A stretch of DNA of 64,000 nt from Candidatus Forterrea multitransposorum CG_2015-17_Forterrea_25_41 (GTDB lineage: Archaea > Iainarchaeota > Iainarchaeia > Iainarchaeales > CSSED10-239), in NCBI GenBank assembly GCA_009392915.1, contig CP045477.1, positions 480,001 through 544,000 on the forward strand, written 5' to 3'. A program made the translations under genes and the position numbers. Below the pieces are notes generated by a model. It did no database searches. It had not been told where the DNA came from and saw only the letters and a list, made by a program, of their open reading frames with translations. Of the stretch, positions 9,436 to 19,178 are shown piece after piece. Positions within the stretch are counted from its first letter, which is position 1; each line of letters begins with the position of its first letter.

Positions 9436-10740
9436 ATGAAATTAAAATGTTTAGGAGCCGGAAATGAAGTTGGTAGAAGTGGTTTTTTACTTTACGGTTC
9501 TGATAAAATTTTATTTGATTATGGATTAAAATTAAATCCAAAATATCTAAATGAAAAATCTGAAAAAGTAGATTTTGAAGGAAATGTTGAAGAACCTATA
9601 AAAATAACAGAATACTTAGATGCAGTAATTCTTAGTCACGCGCACTTAGATCATTCTGGAGACATACCTTCTCTTTATAAAAAATATAATCCAAATCTTT
9701 TTTTAACTCAAGCAACTTTAGATTTATCTTCTCTTTTATGGAAAGATACTTTAAAAATTGCAAAATATGAACAAAAAACACCACCTTTTGAAAAAGAAGA
9801 TATGTATGCTGCACAAGATAGTGCTTTCTTTTTAAAACTTAATAAACCTACAGAAATTACAAAGAATTCAAAATTAACTTTTTATGATGCAGGACACATT
9901 ACTGGAAGTGTAATTTCAGTAATTGAAATGGATGGCAAAAAAGTAATGTATACTGGAGATTTTAGAGCTGAAGAAAGTTCATTATTTGCAGGATATGATA
10001 GAAATATACCAGAAGTAGATTATTTAATAATTGAAAGTACATATGGTTCTGAAAATCATATACCTAGAAAAAAAATAGAAGAAGATTTAATTAAAGAGAT
10101 TCAAGATACTTTAAAGAAAAGAGGAATGGTAATGCTTGCATCTTTTGCAATTGAAAGAAGTCAAGAACTAATAAGCCTTATGCATAAATATAAAATTAAA
10201 GCTCCAATATATGTTGATGGAATGGGAGTTAAAGCAACAGACATATTCTTAAACTACCCTGAATTTTTTAAAGATTATAAAGATTTTAAAAAATCAACTA
10301 AAGAAGTAAATTTTATAAGAAATAGCAAAATTAGAAAAAGTTTACTTAGAGAAACAAAACCATCAATTATTATAACTACAGCTGGAATGCTAGAAGGAGG
10401 ACCAATACTTCTTTATCTTAAAGAATTTGGTGATGATCCTAAAAACAAATTAATAACTACTGGATATCAAGTAGATGGTACAAATGGAAGTAGACTAAAA
10501 GAAACAGGTAAACTTTTCATTGATGGTGACTTATATCAACCAAGATGTGAAATTAAACATGCAAGTTTTTCAGGTCATCCAGGAAGAGATGAACTTATTA
10601 AATTTGTTAAAAAAGTAAAACCTAAGAAAGTAGTTTGTGTACATGGGGATCCATCCTCAATTGTAGATTTTAGAAAAACACTTGAAAAAGATGGTTTTGA
10701 AACTATTGCTCCAATGACTGGAGAAATAATTGATTTATAG
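9436..10740 (+). CDS. beta-CASP metallo-beta-lactamase-fold RNase (aCPSF2-like, no KH domains)
   Basis: HAHLDHSG motif, beta-CASP architecture, 434 aa. An SD-like AGGATGTGA lies upstream. Confidence 0.7.
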   Translation: MKLKCLGAGNEVGRSGFLLYGSDKILFDYGLKLNPKYLNEKSEKVDFEGNVEEPIKITEYLDAVILSHAHLDHSGDIPSLYKKYNPNLFLTQATLDLSSLLWKDTLKIAKYEQKTPPFEKEDMYAAQDSAFFLKLNKPTEITKNSKLTFYDAGHITGSVISVIEMDGKKVMYTGDFRAEESSLFAGYDRNIPEVDYLIIESTYGSENHIPRKKIEEDLIKEIQDTLKKRGMVMLASFAIERSQELISLMHKYKIKAPIYVDGMGVKATDIFLNYPEFFKDYKDFKKSTKEVNFIRNSKIRKSLLRETKPSIIITTAGMLEGGPILLYLKEFGDDPKNKLITTGYQVDGTNGSRLKETGKLFIDGDLYQPRCEIKHASFSGHPGRDELIKFVKKVKPKKVVCVHGDPSSIVDFRKTLEKDGFETIAPMTGEIIDL

Positions 10741-11491
10741 AAAAGTGATATATAACATGAAGAGATTTTGTCCAAAATGTGGAAAAGAAATAACTGAAGA
10801 TGAAATGATTGATAATTTTTGTATTGATTGTTACATGTCAGAAAATGAACTTATAAAAATACCAGAAATAGACATTTCTCTTTGTGTTAAATGTTTTAAA
10901 ATAAAGATGGGTAAAAAATGGTATAATAATTTTGAAGATCTTGAAGAAGATATTTCAAAAAGTATTAAATCAAATATTTTAATACAACCAAAAAAATCTA
11001 CAAAAGTAAATATCGATCTTGAAAATAACATTCATTTTGCAGAAATTACAGTAAACACCATTATTGGAAATAAATTTAAAGAATTAAAATATAATGTAAA
11101 TATTAATGTTAAGAAAGATACTTGTCTTACATGTTCTAGAATTGCTGGAAATTATTATACAACAATTATACAAATTAGGTTTAATGATAAGAAATTACAA
11201 AAACTTATTTTAGATAAACTAATTAAAGAAATTTATGAAATAATTAATGCAATAAATGAAAAAACAAGTAGACCTTCTGCAAATATAAATATCATAAAAG
11301 AAGTTCCTCAAAAAAATGGAATTGACTTTTATACAGATAATTTAAAGTACAGTAGAAATATTGGTATTCATTTAATGAAACATAAAAGCGCAATTGAAAG
11401 AAAATATTCCAAAAGTCTTGTAGGAATTGATAAAGACGGTAAAGATCTTACAAGAACAACTATTTGTATACACTTTGGAAATAAAGAATAA
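10730..11491 (+). CDS. NMD3-family protein (archaeal homologue of the 60S export adaptor); true start probably the second Met (MKRFCPKCG, near 10757)
   Basis: N-terminal paired Cys motifs CPKCG…CIDCY…C.KC match the NMD3 N-terminal zinc-binding region. Confidence 0.45.
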   Translation: MIYRKVIYNMKRFCPKCGKEITEDEMIDNFCIDCYMSENELIKIPEIDISLCVKCFKIKMGKKWYNNFEDLEEDISKSIKSNILIQPKKSTKVNIDLENNIHFAEITVNTIIGNKFKELKYNVNINVKKDTCLTCSRIAGNYYTTIIQIRFNDKKLQKLILDKLIKEIYEIINAINEKTSRPSANINIIKEVPQKNGIDFYTDNLKYSRNIGIHLMKHKSAIERKYSKSLVGIDKDGKDLTRTTICIHFGNKE

Positions 11492-11492
11492 A

Positions 11493-12149
11493 TTATTTAA
11501 GTTTCCTTAACTGGGAAACTTTTCCTTTCATGGAAATTACTAATAATTTATCTTTTTTTTCAAGAACCATTTTATCTTCAGTAAATAAAAATTTTCCTTG
11601 TCTGTAAAGACCAATTGTTCTTGTATCTCCTGGAATTTTATCATTAAAAAATTTAACAGTCTGTCCAATATATCTTGAATTATCATCTAAAGCAATTTCT
11701 ACAATTTCAGCATCTCCTTTAGAAAAGAAAGATAAATCTAAAACATCAGGCTGAGTTACAAGTTGTGCAATGTATCCAGCAGCAGCAGCTTCTGGATGAA
11801 TTACAATATCAATACCTAGTTTTTTAATAATTGGACCATGATAATGAACTTTACTTAAAGAAACAGCAACTGTTTTAACTCCTAATTCTTTTGACATAAG
11901 ACCTATAATTAAATTTGTTTCATCAGTCTCTGTTAAAGAAATTAAAACAGCAGCTCTATCAATTCCTGCTTTTTCTAAAACAGAAGGTTCTGTACCGTCT
12001 CCAGTTATAGAAATAATATCTAAATCATTTGCAACTTTTTGACTTCTTAAAGTATCTTTTTCAACAACAACCACATCATGATTTTCAGAGATTAATAATT
12101 CTGTTACATAATAACCTAGATTACCACAACCAACAATTATAATATACAT
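11493..12149 (-). CDS. trkA: TrkA-type K+ uptake regulatory subunit (RCK: TrkA-N Rossmann + TrkA-C)
   Basis: N-terminal IIIVGCGNLG Rossmann motif. Adjacent to a TrkH-like gene. Confidence 0.7.
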   Translation of the reverse strand: MYIIIVGCGNLGYYVTELLISENHDVVVVEKDTLRSQKVANDLDIISITGDGTEPSVLEKAGIDRAAVLISLTETDETNLIIGLMSKELGVKTVAVSLSKVHYHGPIIKKLGIDIVIHPEAAAAGYIAQLVTQPDVLDLSFFSKGDAEIVEIALDDNSRYIGQTVKFFNDKIPGDTRTIGLYRQGKFLFTEDKMVLEKKDKLLVISMKGKVSQLRKLK

Positions 12150-12215
12150 ATTTATTTCTTCTTTTTAATTTTTTAATATTAAATATAATAGATGTTTAGA
12201 TTTATAAATGTATTT

Positions 12216-13679
12216 TTAAATTAAATATTTTCTTGAAAAAATAATCCCTATTATTGATAATAAAGGAATAATTTCAAGTCTTCCAACCCACATATTAATA
12301 ATAAGCATAACTTTTAGAGCAGAAGGCATATAACTATTTGTAAGTCCAGTTGTTATACCAACATTGCTTTGTGCAGAAATAACTTCAAAAACACTTTCTT
12401 GAAGAGAATATCCATAAAAAGTAAACATTAAAACACCAATTAAAATAAAAATTATAAAAATAAATATTAAAAAATATACAGATCTTAATCTTGCATTATC
12501 TATAAGTTCCCCATTATATTTTTTTGAAAAATATGCAATATTTGGAAGATTAATTTGTCTTATTTTCCAAAAAATAGATTTTAAAGATAAAATTAATCTA
12601 TCAACTTTAATTCCACCAGTTGTTGAGTTTGTAGAAGCTCCTGTAAACATTAATATTAAAAAAATCACTAAAATAAAAGGTGAGAAAGATAAAATTTGTT
12701 CACTTGCAAAAGTTGAGAAACCCCCACAAGACATCATACCTACAACAGTTAAAAGTATTGTTACAAAATCAATTGAGCCATTTAATTTAAAAAAAATTAA
12801 TAAAGCAGCAATAAGCATAATTAAAAGCATATAAATAAATTGTTTATCATTTAAATAAACCTTAAAACTTTTCTTTAAATAAAATTTATAGTGTAAAATA
12901 AAAGAACTTGCACCTAAAATCATAATTATAATCAAAGTAATATATATTGGAACATTTCCAATTGATAAAAGACTTTGAGAATTAGATTGAGAACCTGTAG
13001 TTGAAACTGCAGACATTGAATAATTAAAAGAATCAAATAAAGACATTCCAAAAATATTTAAAAAAATAACTCCTAATAAAGTTACTACTAAATAAATTAC
13101 CCACATATTTATTATGGTATTTTTAAAACTTGGAGAAATTCTATCATGCCCTTCTGCAGAAATTAATTTTGAAGATCCTCTAGTACCTTTTACAATTCCA
13201 AAAAAAGCTAAAACTACAATTCCAAGTCCACCTATCCATGAAATAAAAGATCTCCAAAGAGAAAGACTTTTAAGAGAAGGAACTAAGTTATCATACATTG
13301 TAAGTCCAGTTGTTGTTAAAGAAGACATGGATTCAAAATAAGAATCAAGTAAAGATAATTCAGAAGATAAGAAATAAAATGGTAAAGATGCAAAAAAAGC
13401 ATAGATTATCCATACAAAAACAACAACTATTAAAGATTGTGTTAAAGTAATACTAAATAGATTATCATTTCCTAAGAAAACTTTTTTTTTAGTAGACTTT
13501 AATAAAAGATAACCTGTTAATAAAGCAAAAAAGAATATTAGTAAATATACAAAAGAAACTCTTAAACTTTCTTTTAAAAATAAAGAAAGAATAAATGGAA
13601 ACAGAAATGTAAAACTACTATAGAATAAAATTTGACCAGTAGAATTTAAAACATTCTTATAATTCCAATAATAACTCAT
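12216..13679 (-). CDS. trkH: TrkH/KtrB-family K+ transporter membrane subunit
   Basis: Polytopic, with repeated selectivity-filter-like TTGLT, STTGS and TTGGIK motifs. Confidence 0.65.
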   Translation of the reverse strand: MSYYWNYKNVLNSTGQILFYSSFTFLFPFILSLFLKESLRVSFVYLLIFFFALLTGYLLLKSTKKKVFLGNDNLFSITLTQSLIVVVFVWIIYAFFASLPFYFLSSELSLLDSYFESMSSLTTTGLTMYDNLVPSLKSLSLWRSFISWIGGLGIVVLAFFGIVKGTRGSSKLISAEGHDRISPSFKNTIINMWVIYLVVTLLGVIFLNIFGMSLFDSFNYSMSAVSTTGSQSNSQSLLSIGNVPIYITLIIIMILGASSFILHYKFYLKKSFKVYLNDKQFIYMLLIMLIAALLIFFKLNGSIDFVTILLTVVGMMSCGGFSTFASEQILSFSPFILVIFLILMFTGASTNSTTGGIKVDRLILSLKSIFWKIRQINLPNIAYFSKKYNGELIDNARLRSVYFLIFIFIIFILIGVLMFTFYGYSLQESVFEVISAQSNVGITTGLTNSYMPSALKVMLIINMWVGRLEIIPLLSIIGIIFSRKYLI

Positions 13680-13790
13680 AATTTTTCTTTTTAATAATAT
13701 ATTTTATAATATATAGCAGATAGTAAAGATTTTTAAAGATATATTTTATATATACTAAAAAAAAGAAGAAGAAAAAAGGAGAAAATAAAG

Positions 13791-13830
13791 AGATGTTTTA
13801 TTTTTATAAAAAAATTAAATAAAACATCTA
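13791..13830 (-). terminator. Perfect 13-bp hairpin (AGATGTTTTATTT / AAATAAAACATCT, 13-nt loop) followed on the minus strand by a T-rich tract; likely terminator for the microprotein gene
   Basis: Inverted repeat read directly from the sequence. An oligo-T follows in the minus orientation. Confidence 0.45.
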
Positions 13831-13880
13831 AGATATAACTTTATTTAAAATAACTAAGATTTCAAAAAAATAACTAAAAA

Positions 13881-13952
13881 CTATTTCTTTTTAGTTTTTT
13901 TTGCAGTCTCTTTAGCAGCTGGTTTTGCTTTAGCTTTAGCTTTTTGAGCCAT
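13881..13952 (-). CDS. 23-aa Lys/Ala-rich microprotein MAQKAKAKAKPAAKETAKKTKKK
   Basis: ATG is preceded by a strong SD (aaGGGGTGAactaaaaaATG) and followed by the terminator hairpin. Below the ORF-track size cutoff. Confidence 0.45.
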   Translation of the reverse strand: MAQKAKAKAKPAAKETAKKTKKK

Positions 13953-14002
13953 TTTTTAGTTCACCCCTTTTTTTAAAGAATCAATTAAAACGTAATTCCA
14001 TT

Positions 14003-14188
14003 TTAATAGTCATCATCATCGTCGAAATCATCATCGTCTTCTTCTTCATAACTTGGTTTCTTTGGTGAAGGTTGTTTTTTAAAATCATTAAGATCTTCTT
14101 CAAAATCTTCATCAAATTCTTCCTCGTCAAAATCCTCATCATCGTAACTTTTTCCCATTGTAATAAATGATTTATTCATAATGACCAT
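14003..14188 (-). CDS. Small, extremely acidic protein (poly-Asp/Glu, ends DDDDDFDDDDDY)
   Basis: The ORF-track start at 14197 is a TTG. A GGAGGA SD lies just upstream of the in-frame ATGs, so the true start is likely at 14188 or 14179. Confidence 0.4.
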   Translation of the reverse strand: MVIMNKSFITMGKSYDDEDFDEEEFDEDFEEDLNDFKKQPSPKKPSYEEEDDDDFDDDDDY

Positions 14189-14450
14189 TTCCTCCAAATA
14201 ACTATCAATAAAAAATATGATTTATTGATATATATTTAAAAGAACAGACTTAGTTTTTAAACTTAATGCTAGTTGAAAAAGTAGAGTAAAGATTTAAATA
14301 CTTAACCATAGTATATTTAATCAAATATAATAAAATATTAAAAACCCTTATTTTAGAAATAGTTTAAAAAGAGAATACAAGAAATAAAGAAAAAAAGAAC
14401 TCTAAATACTTATTATTAAAGCATTTAAAGTTAATTGTTAAAGACAGATT

Positions 14451-15779
14451 TTATGGATTTAATCTATCTGTGTCCCTTGGAAGGAAAGTAACTTCACGTA
14501 CATTCTTCATATCAAGCATAAGCATTAAAAATCTTGTAGGACTAATAGCAAAACCACCATGAGGAGGACAACCATATCTAAAGAAATTTAAATAATCTTG
14601 TATTAAATCAAGATTAATTTTTTTCTCAATAGCTTGTTCTCTTAAAATATCTGTCCTGTGTTCTCTTTGAGCACCAGTAGTTACTTCTACACCTTTCCAT
14701 ATTAGATCAAAACTTTTTGTAAGCCCACCTTCTTTTTTCATATGGTAAAATGGTCTTGCAGAATATGGATAGTCTTTTATGAAAACAAATTCATGATTAA
14801 AAGTTTCTTTTACATATTCAAAAATTAATTTTTCACCATCAGCATCCAAATCATCTTCTGGTCCCTTATAACCTTTTTTTCTTACAATCTCTTGTGCTTC
14901 TTTCATTGTAAGTCTTGGAAAAGGAAGAGAAGGAACTATAACTTCCTGATTGAAAATATTTTTTATTTCTTCACCATATTCTTCTTTTATTCTTCCTATA
15001 AAATAATTTATCCAGGATTCTTCTAAATGCATTACATCTTCATGAGAATCAATATAAGATATTTCCATATCAATCATTGTAAACTCTGTATCATGTCTAG
15101 ATGTATGAGATGGGTTTGCTCTGAAAACTGGATTGATTTCAAAAATTTTTTCAAAACCAGCAGACATGGCCATCTGTTTATAAAATTGCGGAGATTGTGC
15201 AAGGTATGCTTTTTTTCCAAAATAATCTACAGAGAAAAGTTCTGCACCAGATTCACTTGGAGCACCCATAAACTTAGGAGTATGTATCTGTATAAAATCA
15301 TTCTTTGCCCAAAATTCTCTCATAGCCTTTTCCATGAAAGTACCTATCTTAAATATTAAAAGATTTTTAGGTTTTCTTAAATCAATCCATCTATAATCAA
15401 GTCTTTTTGATAGATCCGCAGAATCTTTTCCTAAAACAACTTGTATTGGAAGATTAACATCTGCAGTTGAAAGAATTTCTATATTGTTTACTAAAAGTTC
15501 AATTTTATTTTCAGTAACCTCTTGACCTTTTACATTTCCTTTTTGAACAATTCCTTTAACTGAAATTACTGATTCTCTTGTAATATTTTTAATTTCTTCA
15601 AAAGAAGGAGAATCACTAGTTACTACAAGTTGCACTATTCCGGAGTAATCTCTTAAAAGTAAAAAAGCTATTTTGCTTTGTGCTCTTATTTCATGTACAA
15701 AACCTTTAAGTAAAACTTCTTGTGAAACCTTATCATTTAACTGATTAATTTTTATTCTTTCCATTTTTAAAAACCTCAT
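14451..15779 (-). CDS. aspS: Aspartyl-tRNA synthetase, archaeal type (class IIb)
   Basis: N-terminal OB fold, class II motifs (FRANPSHTSRHDTEFTMIDME; GGFAISPTRFLMLML), ~440 aa. Confidence 0.8.
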   Translation of the reverse strand: MRFLKMERIKINQLNDKVSQEVLLKGFVHEIRAQSKIAFLLLRDYSGIVQLVVTSDSPSFEEIKNITRESVISVKGIVQKGNVKGQEVTENKIELLVNNIEILSTADVNLPIQVVLGKDSADLSKRLDYRWIDLRKPKNLLIFKIGTFMEKAMREFWAKNDFIQIHTPKFMGAPSESGAELFSVDYFGKKAYLAQSPQFYKQMAMSAGFEKIFEINPVFRANPSHTSRHDTEFTMIDMEISYIDSHEDVMHLEESWINYFIGRIKEEYGEEIKNIFNQEVIVPSLPFPRLTMKEAQEIVRKKGYKGPEDDLDADGEKLIFEYVKETFNHEFVFIKDYPYSARPFYHMKKEGGLTKSFDLIWKGVEVTTGAQREHRTDILREQAIEKKINLDLIQDYLNFFRYGCPPHGGFAISPTRFLMLMLDMKNVREVTFLPRDTDRLNP

Positions 15780-15962
15780 AAAACTATCTTTTATGTCAAA
15801 TATATATATTATAATTAAAATAATTTATATATGTTACTAATAAGATAAAATGTATAAGAAAATAGAAAAATAGAAGATTAAATTAAAAATTATTTTTTAT
15901 ATTTAGAAAAAAAACATTAATACCATTAAATAACAGTATCTTGCTTTTTTTCCAAATAAAAA

Positions 15963-16235
15963 TTATCTATTCTTAAATAAAACAACAAATTGTATAATTA
16001 CTAAAATTGCAATTACAGCCCACCAAATAATATTTACTAAATCAACATTTTTACAAGTATCTAATGCATTCATTACTGGTAAACTACAATTACTTATTTT
16101 TTCAACAAAAGTAATATAATTACTTCCAAAAAAACCATAATCAACATTAATTATTTTTACATACCTTAATGCAAAAAGTATAGCTGCAATAAACACCCAC
16201 ACAAAACTAAATACCTTTATTTTATTTTTATTCAT
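15963..16235 (-). CDS. Small membrane protein (2 TM)
   Basis: Hydrophobic helices. No recognisable family. Confidence 0.3.
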   Translation of the reverse strand: MNKNKIKVFSFVWVFIAAILFALRYVKIINVDYGFFGSNYITFVEKISNCSLPVMNALDTCKNVDLVNIIWWAVIAILVIIQFVVLFKNR

Positions 16236-16304
16236 AATTTATTTTCCCCTTATTATTTTTTATTTTTTAAATTATTTAACAATAATTAATATTTTTAAAA
16301 ATAT

Positions 16305-16589
16305 TTAAACTAATCCAAAAAATTTTAAAATTAACATAATTCCTAAACCAGCAAGACCAAAGATACCTGATATAATTATTGTTAACCAGAAAGGTAGTTT
16401 AATACCTATAATTGTACAAAATATAAAACCTGCAATACCAATTATACTGTTCAATATAAAATTTTTAAAAAATACTAAAAATAAAATTGTTAATACTATT
16501 AAAACAATACCTATAATTAAACTAATAGGATTATTTACTAAATTATTAATACCAACACCAACACTTTGACTAATTATATTTGCATCCAT
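16305..16589 (-). CDS. Small membrane protein (2-3 TM, Gly/Ile-rich)
   Basis: Hydrophobic helices only. Confidence 0.3.
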   Translation of the reverse strand: MDANIISQSVGVGINNLVNNPISLIIGIVLIVLTILFLVFFKNFILNSIIGIAGFIFCTIIGIKLPFWLTIIISGIFGLAGLGIMLILKFFGLV

Positions 16590-16770
16590 ATTTATTTTCT
16601 CCTATATTCTTTAAATTTAAAATAAAAAAAGTTGTTATTAAAGTTATAATATTTTAAACAATATACATAAGATGTAATACAAACAGTGTATAAAGTGGCT
16701 TATTTTAAGAAAACAAACAAAAATTAGAAAATAATAAAATATTTAATATAAATTGTAAAATAAATTAAAG

Positions 16771-16845
16771 CAGACCGAGTGGGATTTGAACCCACGATCC
16801 CAAGCTTAGGAGGCTTGTGCGTTATCCTGACTACGCTACCGGCCT
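16771..16845 (-). tRNA. tRNA-Arg (anticodon CCU)
   Basis: Hand-folded cloverleaf. Acceptor AGGCCGG/TCGGTCT contains two G-U pairs. D arm GCGT/ACGC. Anticodon arm CAAGC-CUCCUAA-GCUUG. T arm GTGGG-TTCAAAT-CCCAC. Discriminator G. Confidence 0.75.
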
Positions 16846-16988
16846 TTTATTTTAAAGAAAAAAAGAATAAAATATAAAATACTAACCTTTTTAAATCATT
16901 GCAATATTACAAATATATAAGTATACTTAAATTTATATTATATTTGTTTTATATATTATTATAGAAAAATCAATCAAGATAGATATTT

Positions 16989-17552
16989 ATGGCAAAAAAC
17001 ATTCTTATTTTCCTAGGACCACAAGGAAGTGGTAAAAGTACTCAAGCAGAAATTGTTGCAAAAGAAAAAAAATATGTACACATCACAGAATCAGATCTTT
17101 TACATGAATTTGTTAAAAAAAATAACAAAGAATCAAAAATGGTAAAAGAAATGATGAAAAAAGGAGAAATGGTTCCTTTTGAGATAACATGTAAAATTAC
17201 TTTTGAAAAAATAGATAAAATTAAATCAAAAAATATTATTCTAGATGGTTTTCCAAGACTTTTAGATCAAACACATGTTCTTGATTATTATATCTATAAA
17301 GAAAATCATAATCTTTTAGGAATAGTATACATTGATTTACCTAAAAAAGAATGTGTAAAAAGATTACTTTTAAGAAAAAGAGAAGATGATACTTTAAAAG
17401 TAATAAATACAAGATTAAAAATTTATTTTGAAAAAACTAAAAAAGTACTTGACCATTATCAAGAAAAAAAGAAATTAATTAAAATTAATGGAAATCAAGT
17501 TATTGATAAAGTTTCAAAAGAAATATTTAAAAAATTAAAAAACATAGTGTGA
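16989..17552 (+). CDS. adk: Adenylate kinase family (Adk/UMP-CMP kinase type, short, no LID insertion)
   Basis: P-loop GPQGSGKSTQA and the ILDGFPRLLDQ motif are hallmarks of this family. Confidence 0.6.
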   Translation: MAKNILIFLGPQGSGKSTQAEIVAKEKKYVHITESDLLHEFVKKNNKESKMVKEMMKKGEMVPFEITCKITFEKIDKIKSKNIILDGFPRLLDQTHVLDYYIYKENHNLLGIVYIDLPKKECVKRLLLRKREDDTLKVINTRLKIYFEKTKKVLDHYQEKKKLIKINGNQVIDKVSKEIFKKLKNIV

Positions 17553-17556
17553 AATT

Positions 17557-19170
17557 ATGTCAGATCAAAGAATTATTGAAAATATCAGAAAATTAAAATC
17601 ATTAGGAATGCCTGATAAAGAAATAATCGAGAATCTTGTAAACATAGGTTTATCCCCTGACGAAAGTGCAAAATTAATAAATGATTCTGGTAAAGAAAAA
17701 GAAGAAAGTGAACTTCAAACAAAAATTAAAGAAATAAAAGATAAACCTAAAAAAGAAAAAACAAAAGAAGTAACTCCAAAAAAGAAAGAAGAAATACCAA
17801 ATGATTTCTTTTCAGATGATCAAGGAGAAATAATTGATTCACCAATTAACAATGATACTGATGATGATATCTTAGAAGACGATACTTCAAAAGAATTAAA
17901 CAAATTAAAAAATATATCTTCAAAAGAAAAAAATGATGAGTTAAGTTTTGATATAGATTTAAAAGAAGATAAAAAAGAAGAACCTGATCTTTATAAGAAA
18001 TACAAAGAAGATGAAAATGAAGATTTATATAAAAAATATGTTACAACAAATGAAAAACCAAACCAAGTAGAAGTTAATAATACTGGAGATGTTTGGCAAA
18101 AAGGATTACTTGCAACCATTAACTCTAAATTAACAGAACTTGAAAATAAACAAAAATCTATTGAAGATGCAATTAAATTAAAAATAGAAAATGAAATGGA
18201 TAATATCCAAAAATATCAAGAAAAAACACAACAAGAAACAAAACAAATAACCAGTAAAATAATTTCATCTGAAACAGATAAATTAAATGCAAAAATTGTA
18301 ACAGAAGTTGCAAAACTAAAAATTGCAGAAGCAAAAATAAATAATAAAATACAAATAATTGAAGAAGATAAAGGAAAAATACAAGAACTTTCAAAAGATT
18401 TTGAATCATTAAAAAAAGATTTAAAAGATAATATTATAGAAACTAAAAAAAGAACAGACTCAATTGTATCTAGAACAGAAGAAAGTCTTTCAAAAATAAT
18501 TACAACAACAACAGTTAAACTTAATGAAAAAATTAAAGAAATCAATAGCACTTTAGCATTACAATCAAAAATAACAGAAGGACTTGTTAAAAATACTCAA
18601 AATACATTATCAACAGAAATTAAAAAATTAATAGAGTTCCAAAAAGATATAAAAACACAAATTGATCCTAAAAAAATATATGATAAAATTAGTGAACTTG
18701 AAGACTTTAAGATTAAACTTGCAAATAGATATGAAGAAAGATTTGAAACTGTTAAAACTGAATTTTTACATAAAGCAAAAATTGCAATAAAATCTGAAAT
18801 TGAAAACGATTTAAAAGAGTTAAACCAAATCAAAGAAGAAGTTGTTTCAAAAACAGATCCAGAAAGAATAGAAAAGAAACTTGTAGAACTTAGAAAACTT
18901 GAAGAAGAACTAGTAGCATCAGTTGATACAAAAATAGAACAATCTTTAAAAATATATCAAGCATCAATAACTAAAGAATTTAAAGATAAAATGGTTGAAA
19001 TTGATAACTATAAAAACAGTTTAGAAAAAAGCAAATTATTAGTTGACGAATTAAAAGATAAAATAAAAGAAATAGATAAATTTAAACAACAGTTTATTGC
19101 TGTAATTGATGAAAATATCGAAAAGATGAATCAAAATATGAAGATTCTTCTAGAACAAAAAAAAGGTTAG
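17557..19170 (+). CDS. Long coiled-coil protein: small UBA-like N-terminal domain followed by a ~480-aa Lys/Glu-rich heptad-repeat region
   Basis: Composition and heptad periodicity. N-terminus LGMPDKEIIENLVNIGLSPDESAKLI is UBA-like. Confidence 0.35.
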   Translation: MSDQRIIENIRKLKSLGMPDKEIIENLVNIGLSPDESAKLINDSGKEKEESELQTKIKEIKDKPKKEKTKEVTPKKKEEIPNDFFSDDQGEIIDSPINNDTDDDILEDDTSKELNKLKNISSKEKNDELSFDIDLKEDKKEEPDLYKKYKEDENEDLYKKYVTTNEKPNQVEVNNTGDVWQKGLLATINSKLTELENKQKSIEDAIKLKIENEMDNIQKYQEKTQQETKQITSKIISSETDKLNAKIVTEVAKLKIAEAKINNKIQIIEEDKGKIQELSKDFESLKKDLKDNIIETKKRTDSIVSRTEESLSKIITTTTVKLNEKIKEINSTLALQSKITEGLVKNTQNTLSTEIKKLIEFQKDIKTQIDPKKIYDKISELEDFKIKLANRYEERFETVKTEFLHKAKIAIKSEIENDLKELNQIKEEVVSKTDPERIEKKLVELRKLEEELVASVDTKIEQSLKIYQASITKEFKDKMVEIDNYKNSLEKSKLLVDELKDKIKEIDKFKQQFIAVIDENIEKMNQNMKILLEQKKG

Positions 19171-19178
19171 AAGTAAAT

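Noticed and set aside
14195-14197. ORF-track start of the acidic protein at a TTG codon
   Set aside because: The track translates alternative starts as Met. A GGAGGA SD followed by in-frame ATGs at 14188 and 14179 makes an ATG start more plausible.
16771-16845. Apparent mispaired acceptor stem of tRNA-Arg, which suggested a pseudo-tRNA or a split/permuted tRNA
   Set aside because: Re-registration by one nucleotide gives a regular 7-bp stem with two G-U pairs and all other arms canonical, so it is an ordinary tRNA.
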